Below, in pieces: positions 1 to 13,925 of a DNA stretch of 64,000 nt. The first letter of the stretch is position 1. Every line of letters starts with the position of its first letter. Made by a program: the position numbers and the translations under genes. The stretch comes from Zancudomyces culisetae HAW-14-8 (lineage: Eukaryota; Fungi; Kickxellomycota), in assembly GCA_052426225.1 (NCBI GenBank), contig JBNJNM010000012.1:310001-374000 (forward strand), written 5' to 3'. The notes under the pieces were generated by a model. The model made no database searches. It was not told the origin of the DNA and saw only the letters and a list, made by a program, of their open reading frames with translations.

Positions 1-603
1 AATAGCTAGTCATAACTTTTCGATTTTTTTAATAAAGACTTTTTGCGCTTACTACCACTTATCTATCACAAATAATCTTTATATATTGAATATCTTTATC
101 TCACTAACGCATCCACTTTCTAAAAATAATTCGCATAAATAGTGTCTCAGCAGCACAATTTCAGTTTATTTCAGAACTAACATCGAGTTGACTAATCGTC
201 TAGTTTTGTCTTTGTCTGGTGCCTTAGTCCAGACTGAACTTTATATCTGTTTTCAAACGTAAAGCAGAGTTTCCTCCTTTGAATCATGTGAATGCGTTTT
301 CTGTTGGCATTTTTTATTGTAAACAAAGATATCCAATTACTTGCACGTTTAATTGGTTTGTGTTAGTTTCTATTTTATTTATTTATAAAAAACAGAAACA
401 AATCGAAAAAAATCGAAAAAAATTCAAGATACCAAATTTCCTCCAACATCAAACTCCCTCATTGAAATAAGAACATAACAAAAACCTAAGATTCCGGCAA
501 CCAAATTTAATTTAATTATACGGACACCTGCTTTGAATCAATTTCATGCTTCTAAACTTCAAGAATTGTATAATCCTACGAATAAAGTATCAAGCCGAAT
601 ACG

Positions 604-2754
604 ATGGAAATTGTGAGTACTTTACAAACTGCATTTCCGGGTAGGGAACAACAGATCGCGACACTAACCAAGTACATAGGAAATGTAAGAAACACATCAC
701 TCTCAGCTTACACTTTTATCATTTATACGTATTATTTTCTTGTTAAAAATAAAGAATCTGAAAACTCTAAATGATTTCAATAATAAAAAGTTTGAATTGT
801 TTTACTTTGTAACAGGGTCGAAATTATTCACCACCTTTTATATATATACAAGGTCAGTCAGCCACAGGAAAAACAAGTATAATGAGTAGAATAATCGATC
901 TTGTTGAAACCAGCGTTGAACCTGCAGAAAATGAGGATCCCAGAATTTTATTGTCACTTGTTAACTGTATCGAATGCCTTTACCCAAAGAATTTGCTAGA
1001 AAAAACTATTCAAAGATGGGTAGCGTCTATTCAATCAGAATCAAAAGACTTAAAAACAAAGCTAAAATGCGAAAACGTGACAGATTTTTATGAGCTGATG
1101 TTAGGGACACCAGAGCTTAGGGCAAATAAAAAAATGATGGTATGAAAACATTTTATATCTTTTTTTGTTCAACAGCCGGACATGGTTCATTATCTCTTTT
1201 TGATTTTGCTACAACTAGAGTTAATGTGTCTTTTTACGGAATTTACTTTATAAAGTTTATATATACATTAGATTATAGATAATGCAGAAAGAATACGAGG
1301 TTTTGGGCCTCATTTTTTACCATCACTATTACAGCTGACACAAGAGGTATTTGCTATGTTGAATTATTCTATATTAACCCAAGATAATACGTTAATGTCG
1401 GTACTAACTTTGCGTTTTTCTTATTTTTGATTTTAGATAGATTTTCATGTAGTACTGATTAGTCAAATACCTTGGGAAAGCATCAGGCCGCCATTAGGAT
1501 CATACACAGAGCCAATATTTGTACATTTTCCTCGGTATACCAAATCGGAGATAGTGCAGATATTGGAGTTAAACTGTCCCACAGACGAACCACAATGGTT
1601 TTTTAAAAACTTTGCAGACTCGATTTACGAAACATTTCATCGAAACTGTAACAACCTAACTGAGCTAAAAAGGCTCGTCATTCTTCTTTATCCAAAGTAT
1701 GTCCAACCGGTATTCGAAAAACAAGGTGTGTATCCACTATGAATATTTTTTTCCCCTATTAATCAATACTCCTTGTGTCATACCCGAGCATTTGGGTTTT
1801 ACTTTGTATATAGCCGACGTTTTTATTATATTCATTGATCGTTTAGCTAATTACTTGGTTTATTTACATTTCCCAATTTTTTTTTCCATGTAAAAATAGC
1901 AACTAGACACGAAACTGCCAGACTGTACAAACTATGTCAACCATACTTTGTTTCAGCAGTAGAGAAGCTGTTTCTTCGAGATATTTCGAGCAGCGAGTGG
2001 CAAACGAAATCGCTTGTCGCATCAGCAAAGAACGACCCCGATTTAATTTACCAATCTATCACTAATATGGCGGCGGGAACAGGTAACTTTTACATAACTT
2101 ATATTTGCATATATAAGTATTGTCGGTTCATTTTACCTGTTTAGTGTTTTTGTAGCAATCTTGGCTAAAAGATGTACTAATGTCACCTTTATCTATTTTT
2201 CAACTATTTTGTAAAAAGATATACAGGAATATCCGCATACGACAAAGTATATACTTGTTTCATCCTTTATTTCTTCGTACAATCCTGCTCGTTTGGATAT
2301 GCAGTATTTTGCTAAATTCTCTGAAAAAAAATCTAGAGGTGGGATAGTTAAACGAAATGGTTCAAAGGGTGGGTTAAAGGTAAATCTATCTTTTTTTTTC
2401 TTTACACTTACTTGAAACGAATCTACATCAAATCTATTGTTGGTCTTTTACTTAGTAATACGATGAACATGTTATTAAAAATAGATTCGCCAGCAGCTAT
2501 TGGGGCCAAAATCATTTACGCTTAGTAGAATGCTTGCTATAATGTACAATATTCTAGACCAGAAACCTATACCCGCTGTTGATGTGTATTCTCAACTATC
2601 TACACTTGTAACGCTGAAACTATTAATTCGCACATCCAGCTATGATACTCTAGAAAACATCAAGTATAAGTGCAATTTCGGATACGAATTTGCCAGTAGT
2701 ATTAGTACCAGCATTAACTTTGACCTGAACAAATACTTATTCGATTTCTATTAG
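604..2754 (+). CDS. ORC5: Origin recognition complex subunit 5 (7 exons)
   Basis: Manual GT-AG splicing: 604-684, 816-1139, 1272-1346, 1437-1725, 1900-2082, 2219-2379, 2485-2754. Gives N-terminal FPGREQQI, Walker A GQSATGKT, Walker B-like IIDNAERIR, FPRYTKSEI, and the ORC5 C-terminal motifs SSYNPARLD and LLGPKSFTLSRMLAI. Confidence 0.93.
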
Positions 2755-5700
2755 ATTTTGTAGATGTATAAATCCTAAATTCGATCGTTGGTTCTCAGTT
2801 GCATAGCAAAAGACATCGTCTATTTTTTTATTCCTGGGGATAAAGCGTTTGAAAATCTATTTGCAATTTGCTCCTTAAAGATCGAGATACCAAATATGAC
2901 ATGATCTTGTAGAAAATATGAAACAAGTATTAATCCGGTCACCATAGTGCTTGTGAAGCAGTTTGTTTTGGTTTTGTCTACTAATTTTTCTCGTTTATTT
3001 GGCTATGAACGCAAAGGCGATACTTAATCCGATAGTTGTTTAATTTCGGAATAATATGATCCCGCTATACTCTCCAGAATGATTTATTAAAGTGTTTCTT
3101 AGTATAACGACTCATGAATGTGGTAATTTGGTCTGTGCATCCTTTATTTTATTTTATTTTATTTTATTTATTTACTTTTTGTAGAATAATCGATAACAAA
3201 AGTGATCGAAAAAAATACTCGCAAAAAGCATGCAAGTAATGTAATACTAGTCGTGCTAGCAATTATTATATTATAAAGTTTATGGAATAATACAGCTGTA
3301 GTTAGCTTTCAAGTTAGATAAAAGTTAAAAACAAGGAAAGGCATATTACGACTTTATGGAGTACGAGTTCTACATTTATCAATATTTTGTTTTTATTTTT
3401 GTTTTTATTTTTATCTCATACTTAACTGTTGACCTGTAATAGCTTGTTGAAAACGGTTATACTTTGGTTGTTGCACGTTTTAGATTATAAGGTTTTTGGC
3501 TATTTTGAATTTGTGGTAATTCCATTATTGGCGATTATTGAAGAATCCCATAAATAAAGTTGTTAAAAACAGCCAACTTTTTCAAGGGTTTTTTTGAGAT
3601 ATGTTCAGCATTGAATCATTTCGTTTATTTAAAAATCTAAATGTATTAATAAATATTTGTGTACTAAAACTGTAACTGTCAAGGGTAAATAATGTAAGGT
3701 CAAGTTATGGCGCTGCAATGAGAGAGTGCCCATAAACCAGGCAATTTCACTCAATATTATGTTGAGACCAGAGCTAAACCACTTTTCTGCTACAGTATTT
3801 CACTCATCTAAAATGAATTCTCAAGGATACACAAAATTATAGCTAGCAAATCACTGTTTCAAACATCCATTAAAAAGGAAACTGTATGGCGTTTGTGTTC
3901 TATTTTTACTACCTGTGATACTTTAGTATGAGCTCAACATAAAAAAGCATTTAAAAATGGAGTAGAGGATGGTGGGTTAGGTGAACCAAAATCTATTCTT
4001 GTTTTATTAAACGGAATGAAATTATAGACAAAATCACATAGAGATAGTTTGTGTATCGTTTAGTATTACTTGAGCTTTTTTTTTCAAAAGCAGGTGGTAG
4101 TTTTTCTTTTTTTGTGCTTTGCTTGTTTGATGAGGAAATACCTGACACTCACCACAAAAATATACCACCAAAGCTGCTATTTATTGTGTCTTTTGTTGTG
4201 TGCATCCAAAATAAGAGATTGAAATTTGAATAGACCAATGGGAGCAAACCTACTAGCATTATATTTATTTTCCGTGTCGATTTCCCAAGAATATTTCAAA
4301 TACGATTATGGAGTGCATTCATTCGATTATTGGTGTGCCTAATATTCGCAGTTTCTAAATGCAAACATTTAATTTCAATAATTGTAGTTATTTTTTATAA
4401 GCTGCCCTTAGTTTTTGAAAAAGTAAAAAAAAAGCCCTATTAACTTAATGGTCGAGATTCAATATACACGTAATAGTTACACAAACTTTGGCACCATTAA
4501 TATTGCTGTAATTTAATTCACTGATTTTTATTGAACATCGAGGATTAGATTAAACCGCCTATAATTTGCATTGCTTGAGCTGGCCGGATGTTGAAAATGT
4601 GGAAACATACTCGTTTTTGATGTTTTACCTGAAACTATTTAACCTACCTTTGCTGTTCTCCAGCTTATTTTATTCTTGTTAGTACTTGTACCGGCTTCCC
4701 AGGCTTAGGCTTTATTGGAGCGCATGAGTGTATGACAAGTGTGCTTAGTATGAATTTTAGAGATAAACTTTCCAGTCAAAGGCCACTATTTTTTTTTCTG
4801 AAGGAAGATGCTTTTCATAATTATTTTTTTTGGTGTAACACAATGTGAATTAGCCTTTTTATAAATATACACATAGCTTTTAAGAATTTGTTTATTCCAC
4901 CAAAGCTGATGGGTTCATGGTGAAATTAAAGATTGGTGGGAGGGGGACAAATAGCCGACAGATATAGCTAGGAAGCGGGATTTGTAGTGCTTTTTCAAAC
5001 TGATATAATTTTTCAAGATGTGAAATAGAAGAATGGTCGAAGCCATATTGCGTGAATAAATATAATAGTTGGAGTAATTATTGGTACAAACTTTTGAGAA
5101 TTGACTGGCATTAAATAGTGTTGCTTAGTAAATCACCGTGAACTAAACAGATTGTATTTATTAGCTGTCGATTGACTATTATGTTCTTTTTAATTTCGAT
5201 GACATTACTTACAATTTACGATTTAATTTTTTTCACAAAAATTTTCACTTAAGTGGTTAAATACTCCACCATTATTTTCTCAATTTGGTAAAAGACGAAA
5301 GTTTAATTCAAGAAAATAGCAGATTCAAGGCCAATAATTTTGAAAACCCCTCCTCTACATGTAACCTTCCACAATAAAATCTCCGATACCAGAGGCGTGC
5401 TCGTTTTCCTGGGAAACCATAATCAAGGACTGGCTTTTATGATTTGAGATTGACGCGTTTTCAAATTACACTCCACCTCACTCCCATAGTAACCCAAAAG
5501 CAATATTTCACGCAATGTTCTGATTAAGGCGTTGGATTTTAGTGGTAAAGTAACAATCTCGCAATAGTTGAAAAAAGTTTTAGTGTTGATGTTCATCTAT
5601 TCGCAAAACAGTGTTCTAATTCCAGTAATAGTCTTGTTTATGGTTATTATTCAAAAGTCAATATGAGAATCTTCTGTTCATACATTGGAAGGTAGATATA

Positions 5701-7242
5701 GGCAATGAAAGTCAAAAGCAGAAATAAAGTAACACACGCCTATACTTTCTAGAGTTTGTTAGATCTCTCGTATCTCAGCTTAATTATAACATTATATGGC
5801 TGTTAGAGCCCCTCCAATGGTCACTTAGAGAAAGATGGGGGAGGTGTTTTGATGTGAAGAAGAGTGCTATTTCGAATATAGAGCAAAAGGGTAGGCAGAA
5901 GGTATCATAATCATGTTATTTTCAAAGTGCTGGTCATTTAAAACACTGATATATCAAAATAAGGGAAATAAAAAAGACAACAGTATAAATAAATAACAAC
6001 AAACTTTCCATCTAGTGTTATATCCCCTCGTCTCTTCCCCTCCCCCCTCTCTCCCTCTCCCCCTTATCGATTGATCAACTGGCACAGCAGGTTTTGGCAA
6101 ATGCTATCTTCATTTGTATTATACATACTGGGCAAATCTATAATCCAACTTTGCCAACTCATCAAGATGAAAAACATATTTGGATTTGCCCAGTGTTGAG
6201 CCTTTTTTTTTTGCCGCCGATTGGTGGCAGGATGGTGTGGTTTGCCATAAGGCCTGGATGTTTATCTTTGTTTTTCACTAATACATTCACTATATAGGTG
6301 GTTAAAAGCATGCCACCAATTACAGCAAGAAGAATTGTTCTGCACTTTTGTAATTGTACAATTTGTCATGAGCTTCAAAATTGAATAGGTCAACTCCAAT
6401 AAGAGCATTGGAAATGCTACACAAGAACAACCATGACATAAAGGTATTACACATATAATATCAATTTTGTTTTATTTTTCGGTGGTAAAATTTCTGTGTA
6501 AATAAATTTCCATTTACAGAATTTTCAATTCCACCAATTTAGTTGCGATATTTGATTCGTATTATTTATCAAAAAATAATATTATTTGATTTTATTAATA
6601 CTGCTATAAAAGCTTATGTAATAGAAAAAATAGCGGAAAATGTGATATTTTTCAATAGGGCATAAGCATTGGAAGACTAAGGTTATAGATACCAACTAAA
6701 ACTGCCGGTGATTAATAACAGTGTATTCTCTTTTGTGCGTTTAGAGCATTTCGGGTTGGGATTCAGCAATATGCTCAAATCATGGGTCATTTTCAGATTA
6801 AGAAAATAATTCGCATAGATACCTACAGCCTATGATTTTGAAGAATGTACTAAATTCATCTAAAAAGCATGGACCCAATTTGTTGTATTTTGCCTTCACT
6901 CATAGGAACTCGCCCAAAAAATAAACAGGTAGAGAGCTCTATTTGTTCATAAAAACGTTCTGTTTAAAAAAGAAAAAGTAAAGCCCTCGAATTTTGAAAT
7001 GATGATAAGGATTTATGTAAACTTTTTAGTTTTTCAATATTCAGAGGTTTAAAAACGAACTTGGTATTAGTTATACAGATAATCGTGGAGTATATAACAT
7101 CTCTTTTTTGTAATTTCTTAACACAATACTTTTGTTTACGCTTTTTTAATATTGTATTTGACCATAAACAAAAGAGGAGGCAAAAAATAAACTAACAAAC
7201 ACTATAAACCTAAACTGTATTACTGTATTTACTGTACTAATG

Positions 7243-8440
7243 ACTGGTATACAGATTAAACAACGAAATACCTTATTTACATTATAACAGTTATCAGATA
7301 TAAAGGTTCTGCATTTTAAATAAAGAAAAAAAGAAACCTTGGGCTTCTTTGTGAACGAGGATTTGGGCGAATATAACGACCAGTCCATAGAAGAAAAGCA
7401 AGAAACCCTCCCTTCCCCTCTTCCCACGAAAAGGAAATTAAGTCAACGTGCTACGGTTTTAAGCGAGCGTGCTACTGTGATATCACGTTATTATTATACA
7501 GAAACTCCAAATATCAGCCCGGATCACAGCGTTTAATACTTGCATATCTCGACTACGAACGCTCAAGAGGTAAATTTTGAACTTTTCGAGTTGAATAATT
7601 TCGTTCGATACTGGTTCTTTTGACTTTAGCTTTGCCTGTAAAATTAAAAAAATACTTGTATTCGAATGCTTTATATCGTCTTTCCATAATACAATTAGAT
7701 TGTTTTAATATCCTGTAGACCAGAGGATTTGTTAATTAACCAATATAATATTGAGCTAGTACTCAAGATAATCGAAACAACATCAGCACCAGCACCAGCA
7801 CCAAAACTAGAACTAAAATCAGAACCAAGAAATAAGTGACGTTTTGGTTTAGCCTATCAAGATAAAAAAAATAGCACTTTTTAGCATAAAAGCATACTGG
7901 ATCCAAGGAAAAATCTTAGATTGACCTGAAGTGAAGACGTGAACAGGGTAAGTAAGGTTTTGTGACTTTTTTTATGTATATTTCGTGTGCTATTTTCTCA
8001 AGTTCTTGGTCGTTAATAATACCTGCTACTTGATTCATATTTATGTGATTGTATTTCTTTGCTAACATTCGGATACTCTTTTTTTTATTATCTAAAACAC
8101 ATAGCATTTTTCAAGCTTTAATCAGGTATAGATCAAGGACAGCCATAGTTGAGTATAAATAGAAAAGGAGATTACTAATCTTGTGAAAGCAACGATAATT
8201 CAATTGGAAAAAGAAAGATAGAGTATATTTCTACATATATAAAAAATTCATTCTTGATATCAAGGGAGCTTTGTTTCACCAAGTACGATTTTTTTTTTGG
8301 TTCGAAAAGTTTAATTTATAGCTATATCTGTTGGGTCTTAAAAAAAATACAGCAAAATCAAAAGCGACAACAGTACATTTGGTGACAGTAGTAACAGCAA
8401 CAGAAGTGGCAAATAAAATTCAACGATTCTAAAATTAATA
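7243..8440 (+). promoter_or_regulatory. Probable long spliced 5' UTR of the STE12-like gene (two leader introns)
   Basis: Donor GTAAAT at 7570 with acceptor TAG at 7718. Donor GTAAGT at 7948, branch GCTAAC at about 8061, acceptor at 8104 or 8125. The predicted exonic parts contain no ATG, whereas both introns do. Confidence 0.55.
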
Positions 8441-11400
8441 ATGCGTTTATCAAAGGAAATTCGGGAAACCACTGAAAATGGCAGTGTATCGCAACAAGAG
8501 GATGCTCAAACAGAGATTGATGCCGATGTCAACAATTCGCTTGTGTTTTTTCTACAAAATGGACCAAAGATAGTAGAAAGAGACGAAAAAAACAAGATAT
8601 TAGATTCAAGTAAAGCAGAGAACACGATAAAAACCGACAGAGCGACGATTAAACAATTCCGTCTTGGAAACGGAGAGTTCATATCATGCGTAAGGTGGGA
8701 TGGGGAATACTACATCACGAGCACCGATATCATACGTTCACTGGTGCACAGGTTTGAGGAGATCCATCGCCATGTGATTCATATCAAAAAATTTGAGGAA
8801 GGTGTGTTTTCGGATTTAAGGAGTTTGAAACCAGGGCATGGAGCAAGGTTGGAATTACCACGATCGGAATTTCTAGACCTTTTGTATAGAAACCACTGTG
8901 TAAGAACACAGAAAAAACAAAAGGTCTTTTATTGGTACTCTGTTCCTCACGACCAACTGTTTAGAGAGGCGCTAGAACGGGATTTGAAGCGCGAATCTAT
9001 GGGAATAGAACCAACTACGAAACTACAAAACCCAGAATTGGAGAATGCGATGGTTAATATAGGCGGTATTGAACTTCCTCTTACAATTGGCTCCAAAATC
9101 AAGCTTGACTTGGCCAAGATGAATAATATTGATTCATTGGTAGCGAGCGGTTTAGATAAGGCCGGCAGTAATGGAATTGATCTTAATCATTTTCTTTCTA
9201 GTTTACCCAAAGGCGAGCTTATCGATTTACAAGGTGACGGTAGCAGAAAAAGTATTCAAAACGGGTTAAAGTCTCTTGAAAAAATATCAACAGAAGCATC
9301 TCTAAAAGAGGATAGGGATCATAAAATGTTGAATGGGTCATATCAAAATGGGAACGGTACTGGAGATGATAGTGTAAATGGTGGTGATGATGATGGTGGT
9401 GATGATGACGATGATGACGAATGTAATAATGGAAACAAACACGAAAAGACTGTTGATGCCAATGTTTTGAAAAATGAATTTCAACTATATCTACAAAGCC
9501 ATTTTGGTGTAAACAAAAATATAATTCCAGTACTAGAGAGCGGACTTATCTCGGAACTACCTGCAAGAATCCAGTCAAGTAGCAGGATGGATTATGAAAA
9601 GTTTATGCCTACACCTACTCCTCGACATTCACCAGAGCTTCGTGCAATGAACGATCCAGATGTTTTGAATCTTTTGAACACCAAGGACTCGCTTATTAAT
9701 GACTATACTTTTGAAATGCTGGTCGACTCGTTAAAAGGTGCTTCTGATTTCAATGCTACTGGTGCACAGATTGCTTACCAGAATCCATTTTCTCAACTGA
9801 ATGGGAGTGGAAATGATGAGAGCTCTAATGTGTTGAATTTGGCCAACGTGACGAATAAAGTGGATTCTATATTAAGCAAATTAGAGCAAGACGTATATTC
9901 ACCGCAAAGTAGTTCTGAGGTTACTTTTGATTCTACTGGTAAATATAACTCATCTCCACAAAGTAATGCTAGGACAGACGATAACCTTTCGTTTCTTTCA
10001 AACGGCCAAATGGACACACAAAAGACCGGTTCTTTCTCAGAAAAATCTAGAGGTAATACACAGCGGAAAAGTGAAAAGAATAAACGAAATGCCGATATTC
10101 CATCGGGTTGGGGTGGTTCTCTTCCTTTGGGACTTCAGGCCGAAATGGAAAATTTAAGATTCCATCCATACTTGAAAAACAAAAATCCAATTCTCTCAGA
10201 CTCACCGGAAAACAATCCCAACAACAACAGCAGTAATAGTAGTAATAAAACGTTGACACCAAACACTGTATTTGAAGACAAAGTCCAGGATGATGGAACT
10301 GCAGAAAGCAGGTTCACAACCAACAGCAGATTGTTGCTGGAGGAGTTACAAAATGAGGTGCTGAAGAATAGTAAAAGCATGGACAACCACTTGTTGCTTG
10401 TGGAACTTCCTAACAAGTCGCTAATAATAAATCAGCTTGAGGGAAGCGTAATAGACGAAAATGGAAGGCGGTATGTGTGTGGCTATCCCAACTGTGTCAA
10501 ACAGTTCAAGAGACACGAACATTTAAAACGCCATATTCGCACACACACTGGTGAAAGACCATACAAATGTCCGCTTCAAGGGTGTGAAAAGGAATTTTCG
10601 AGAATGGACAATCTGCACCAACATGTCCGTACGCATATAAACAAAAAATCCATTGGCTCAAACGAGACATTTTACGATTTTCTTGAGAACTGTACTCAAG
10701 CTAGTGAAAAATCTTCGAGTAGTGATGGGAAAGGAAAGAACAAACCAGACACTTCTGTACAATCACAAGACACTCAACAACAAAGACTTGAAAGGGGTTA
10801 CAAGGGTATGAGTATAGCTCAGCAGCTTAGTACTAGCTTACCGGAAAGAAGCCTGTTAAATCTTTTTGCGCCAAACTCATCTAACTCCAGTGCATCCAAG
10901 CTGAATGGAAAAAATGATAGCCTAAAATCCAAACTATCTAAACAGGGGATACTTCCCAACTCAAAGACAATTCGCCGTTCCGAAAACAAATCTGGAAAAA
11001 ACTCCATTGCTGCTAAACTGGGGAGAAGTTTCAAGGATTCCAACCTGTCCACCAGCAATCGGAGGGATTCCACCGCTGGTTTGTCTTTAAGCAGGGCCAG
11101 CTTTGATGTGGGAACACTGAAAGAGCTGATGTCAAAGAGCTTTGGTCTCCAGTCAAAAGGTAGCAATTTGAACGGTCTTGCTGACTATACCATAGCTGAA
11201 ATAGATACTCTTTCTACTGTAAAGCCATCAAATCAGCATGGATCTGCCCTAAGCAAAACACTTCATGGCAAGAACTTTGATTCTGGAATTACAGCAACAG
11301 GCGAAGCTGCTACTTTGGATGTGTTGGGGGTAGGACTGGACGATGATGGTGGCAATAGTAGAAACACAACTCTAGAATTAGAAGACTTTCAAAGTCAAAT

Positions 11401-13051
11401 CACCAATCTACAACAACACACTGTCCTTACAAACGCTATTTCTGACTATCTAACTTCCACAGAGCCCGAATCTGTGTTCAATCACTCGATATTGGATCTA
11501 CATAACAATCTGTCTTCATCTGCTCATCCCAGTAACGTCAAGCTGGAGTTTCCAGACTTTTACGAGCAGTTGGGTTCTCTACAGTTTAATCAGCATGAGC
11601 ATCTGAAACAACCTACCGATTTTGTTTCTGATTTTCTCACCAATCATGCCCACTCAATGCCTGTGCATCATACTCACGGGTTTGCTGCGAAAAATTTGGG
11701 AAATAGAGACTCTGTTTTGAACCAGAACCAGAACCAGAACCAGAATCAGAACCATTGTGCTGAATTGGATATAATTGGAGTTGCCAGTGGTAGAAACCCT
11801 GGTGTTGGGACACCCCGTTTGGCAAATAGCCACGTGCCATCGGATATCTACACACTTGAGAATTTCAATTTGCCAAAGATAGAGACGAGTAGTGAAGCCA
11901 ATGACCACGATGTACAGTTTGATTTGGATGTAAATAGTATCTTAAACACCAAAACTTCGGTGGGCGGTATCACACCAATTCCGAATCGTATTGGTGACAA
12001 GGCAAGGGAGTCTATGCTTGGGCTCAAAGGCGATGATTTCCAGCACCAGCACCACGACCATGCATCCATGCAAAGGGTTTTTGACAGTCTTCCACGCGTA
12101 TCCAGTCCCTTGCTATCTAATTATTTAAAACAACAATCTCATAACCAAGGTGGCTTTGTAGACACTACTACAGTAACTGGTGATGCTGCAAACATGCCAA
12201 ATTTAGGTTCTACCAAGCCGAAATCCCAAAAACAAACATCCACAAACATAAACATAAACGAAGAGGACAATTCTAATCTGGTAAACTCATTCCTCAACTT
12301 TTCTCCATTGACAGCTAGTCATGATATTGTTATAAATTCTAAAAAGACCCACCCTGTATTTGGGAAAACTGAAACTAACAGCACTTACAACATACTTTCT
12401 CCGGCCGAGTTTAAAAAATCATTCACAGAGATCAAACACACAACTTCAGAAAGCCCACAGTCCAAAGCTCACCTTTCAAATAATGCACAGGCTGCTGCTC
12501 CCTCTGTAATGCGATCATATACACTTTCTAGTTTAGCAAAGTTACAATCTCTTTCAACAGCTATTCCTACGACCACAACAACTACAGCTGAGCTATCACT
12601 TGGATCAGAAAACCCGACTACTGTCCAGAACTCTGCCAAAACAAAGACTAACACGAACACGAACACTAACACAAAAACAAAGACAAAAACTACATCGATA
12701 CTGTCGGAACTTGCTTTATGCGCTGGAAAACCCCTAAACACTGAGTCCACATCTTATATGAACGCCACTGTGCCACCAACACACCATTCACCCAGTATCC
12801 CTTTGAATAGCCACGACTTTTCGTCACCTGCGTTTAAAAACGACGCGCTTCTGAGTATGCTAAAATCCAATTCGGAAACTGGTGGCTATGACATTGATAT
12901 TGAGATGGACATGGATATGGATACATTTGATGACCAGAGTAGAATATCCAATGCTATCCAGTTGGACACCAACTATGGCGATATAACCGAGGGATTTTTT
13001 AATAAATCAAATGAGTTTTCTTCACTGTTAGATTCTGAGTTTCAGTTTTAA
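8441..13051 (+). CDS. STE12: STE12/SteA-like transcription factor (STE domain plus two C2H2 zinc fingers), 1536 aa
   Basis: STE-domain motifs [31 protein letters not shown] and [33 protein letters not shown]. Zinc fingers [31 protein letters not shown]...[14 protein letters not shown]. Confidence 0.95.
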   Translation: MRLSKEIRETTENGSVSQQEDAQTEIDADVNNSLVFFLQNGPKIVERDEKNKILDSSKAENTIKTDRATIKQFRLGNGEFISCVRWDGEYYITSTDIIRSLVHRFEEIHRHVIHIKKFEEGVFSDLRSLKPGHGARLELPRSEFLDLLYRNHCVRTQKKQKVFYWYSVPHDQLFREALERDLKRESMGIEPTTKLQNPELENAMVNIGGIELPLTIGSKIKLDLAKMNNIDSLVASGLDKAGSNGIDLNHFLSSLPKGELIDLQGDGSRKSIQNGLKSLEKISTEASLKEDRDHKMLNGSYQNGNGTGDDSVNGGDDDGGDDDDDDECNNGNKHEKTVDANVLKNEFQLYLQSHFGVNKNIIPVLESGLISELPARIQSSSRMDYEKFMPTPTPRHSPELRAMNDPDVLNLLNTKDSLINDYTFEMLVDSLKGASDFNATGAQIAYQNPFSQLNGSGNDESSNVLNLANVTNKVDSILSKLEQDVYSPQSSSEVTFDSTGKYNSSPQSNARTDDNLSFLSNGQMDTQKTGSFSEKSRGNTQRKSEKNKRNADIPSGWGGSLPLGLQAEMENLRFHPYLKNKNPILSDSPENNPNNNSSNSSNKTLTPNTVFEDKVQDDGTAESRFTTNSRLLLEELQNEVLKNSKSMDNHLLLVELPNKSLIINQLEGSVIDENGRRYVCGYPNCVKQFKRHEHLKRHIRTHTGERPYKCPLQGCEKEFSRMDNLHQHVRTHINKKSIGSNETFYDFLENCTQASEKSSSSDGKGKNKPDTSVQSQDTQQQRLERGYKGMSIAQQLSTSLPERSLLNLFAPNSSNSSASKLNGKNDSLKSKLSKQGILPNSKTIRRSENKSGKNSIAAKLGRSFKDSNLSTSNRRDSTAGLSLSRASFDVGTLKELMSKSFGLQSKGSNLNGLADYTIAEIDTLSTVKPSNQHGSALSKTLHGKNFDSGITATGEAATLDVLGVGLDDDGGNSRNTTLELEDFQSQITNLQQHTVLTNAISDYLTSTEPESVFNHSILDLHNNLSSSAHPSNVKLEFPDFYEQLGSLQFNQHEHLKQPTDFVSDFLTNHAHSMPVHHTHGFAAKNLGNRDSVLNQNQNQNQNQNHCAELDIIGVASGRNPGVGTPRLANSHVPSDIYTLENFNLPKIETSSEANDHDVQFDLDVNSILNTKTSVGGITPIPNRIGDKARESMLGLKGDDFQHQHHDHASMQRVFDSLPRVSSPLLSNYLKQQSHNQGGFVDTTTVTGDAANMPNLGSTKPKSQKQTSTNININEEDNSNLVNSFLNFSPLTASHDIVINSKKTHPVFGKTETNSTYNILSPAEFKKSFTEIKHTTSESPQSKAHLSNNAQAAAPSVMRSYTLSSLAKLQSLSTAIPTTTTTTAELSLGSENPTTVQNSAKTKTNTNTNTNTKTKTKTTSILSELALCAGKPLNTESTSYMNATVPPTHHSPSIPLNSHDFSSPAFKNDALLSMLKSNSETGGYDIDIEMDMDMDTFDDQSRISNAIQLDTNYGDITEGFFNKSNEFSSLLDSEFQF

Positions 13052-13067
13052 TCCCACCTCACCTCCC

Positions 13068-13099
<32 letters not shown>

Positions 13100-13725
13100 T
13101 TACCTTACTTTCACCTTACTTTTTATTTATTTTATATTTGATTTTTCATTATATTCTTTTCTTTTTTATATTTTTATACACCAAGTATTAAAACTAATAG
13201 CACATCCAATCACTAAACATCTTTTAATTAAATATTTCCATTTTTCATTTCAATGTAAATTTCTTTTGCCTGGATTTGGAATCAGTTAACCCAAACAAGT
13301 AGTATACTGTACTGTACTGTATTTATTTATTTATATTTTTTTTTGTTATTTAATTTATATGATGAAATTTAATATATTAGTTCAATATGAAATGTCTCAA
13401 ATAATGGTTTCCCCACCCCACCCCACCACCCGCCACCCTTCCTCATCTTGTACAACACCAAAAAAAAAAATAATGGTAAATAAAGTGGCAATAAAAAATA
13501 GTAGCAACAATAGTTGATTTGTTTTAATTTTCCTTCTTTCCCCTTTTGCCTGTTATATGTATATATTTCCTAATTAAGGTGTTTACATGACTGTGTTTGC
13601 TGTTAAAAGTTGGGGGGTTTTTTTTTATGCGTAAAAAAAAAGGCGTAAATATCGGTCCAATCTAAAGCAGACGGGTATACTTTGTTATATATCCAGATCT
13701 TTTTTTTCTCCCTCACTCCCCCTCT

Positions 13726-13757
13726 CACACACACACACACATACACACACACACACT
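13726..13757. repeat. (AC)n microsatellite between convergent genes
   Basis: cacacacacacacacatacacacacacacac. Confidence 0.9.
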
Positions 13758-13925
13758 CTCTCTTAGATTTGCATTCTTTTGTATTCTTTCAGAATCAAAT
13801 ATAAAACAAAACAGATTGTTTGACTATCAATACACCACCACCACCCCCCCTCCTTTCCTCGTTCTTCACCTTAGTATCCTAATTTTATGAGGTGTATTTG
13901 TTTGTTTATTTATTTATTCATTAAT

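Noticed and set aside
2755-7240. Short ORFs in the long ORC5-STE12 spacer (e.g. 4051-4233, 6094-6297)
   Set aside because: Non-ATG starts, compositions typical of AT-rich noise, no recognisable motifs and no consistent exon chain.
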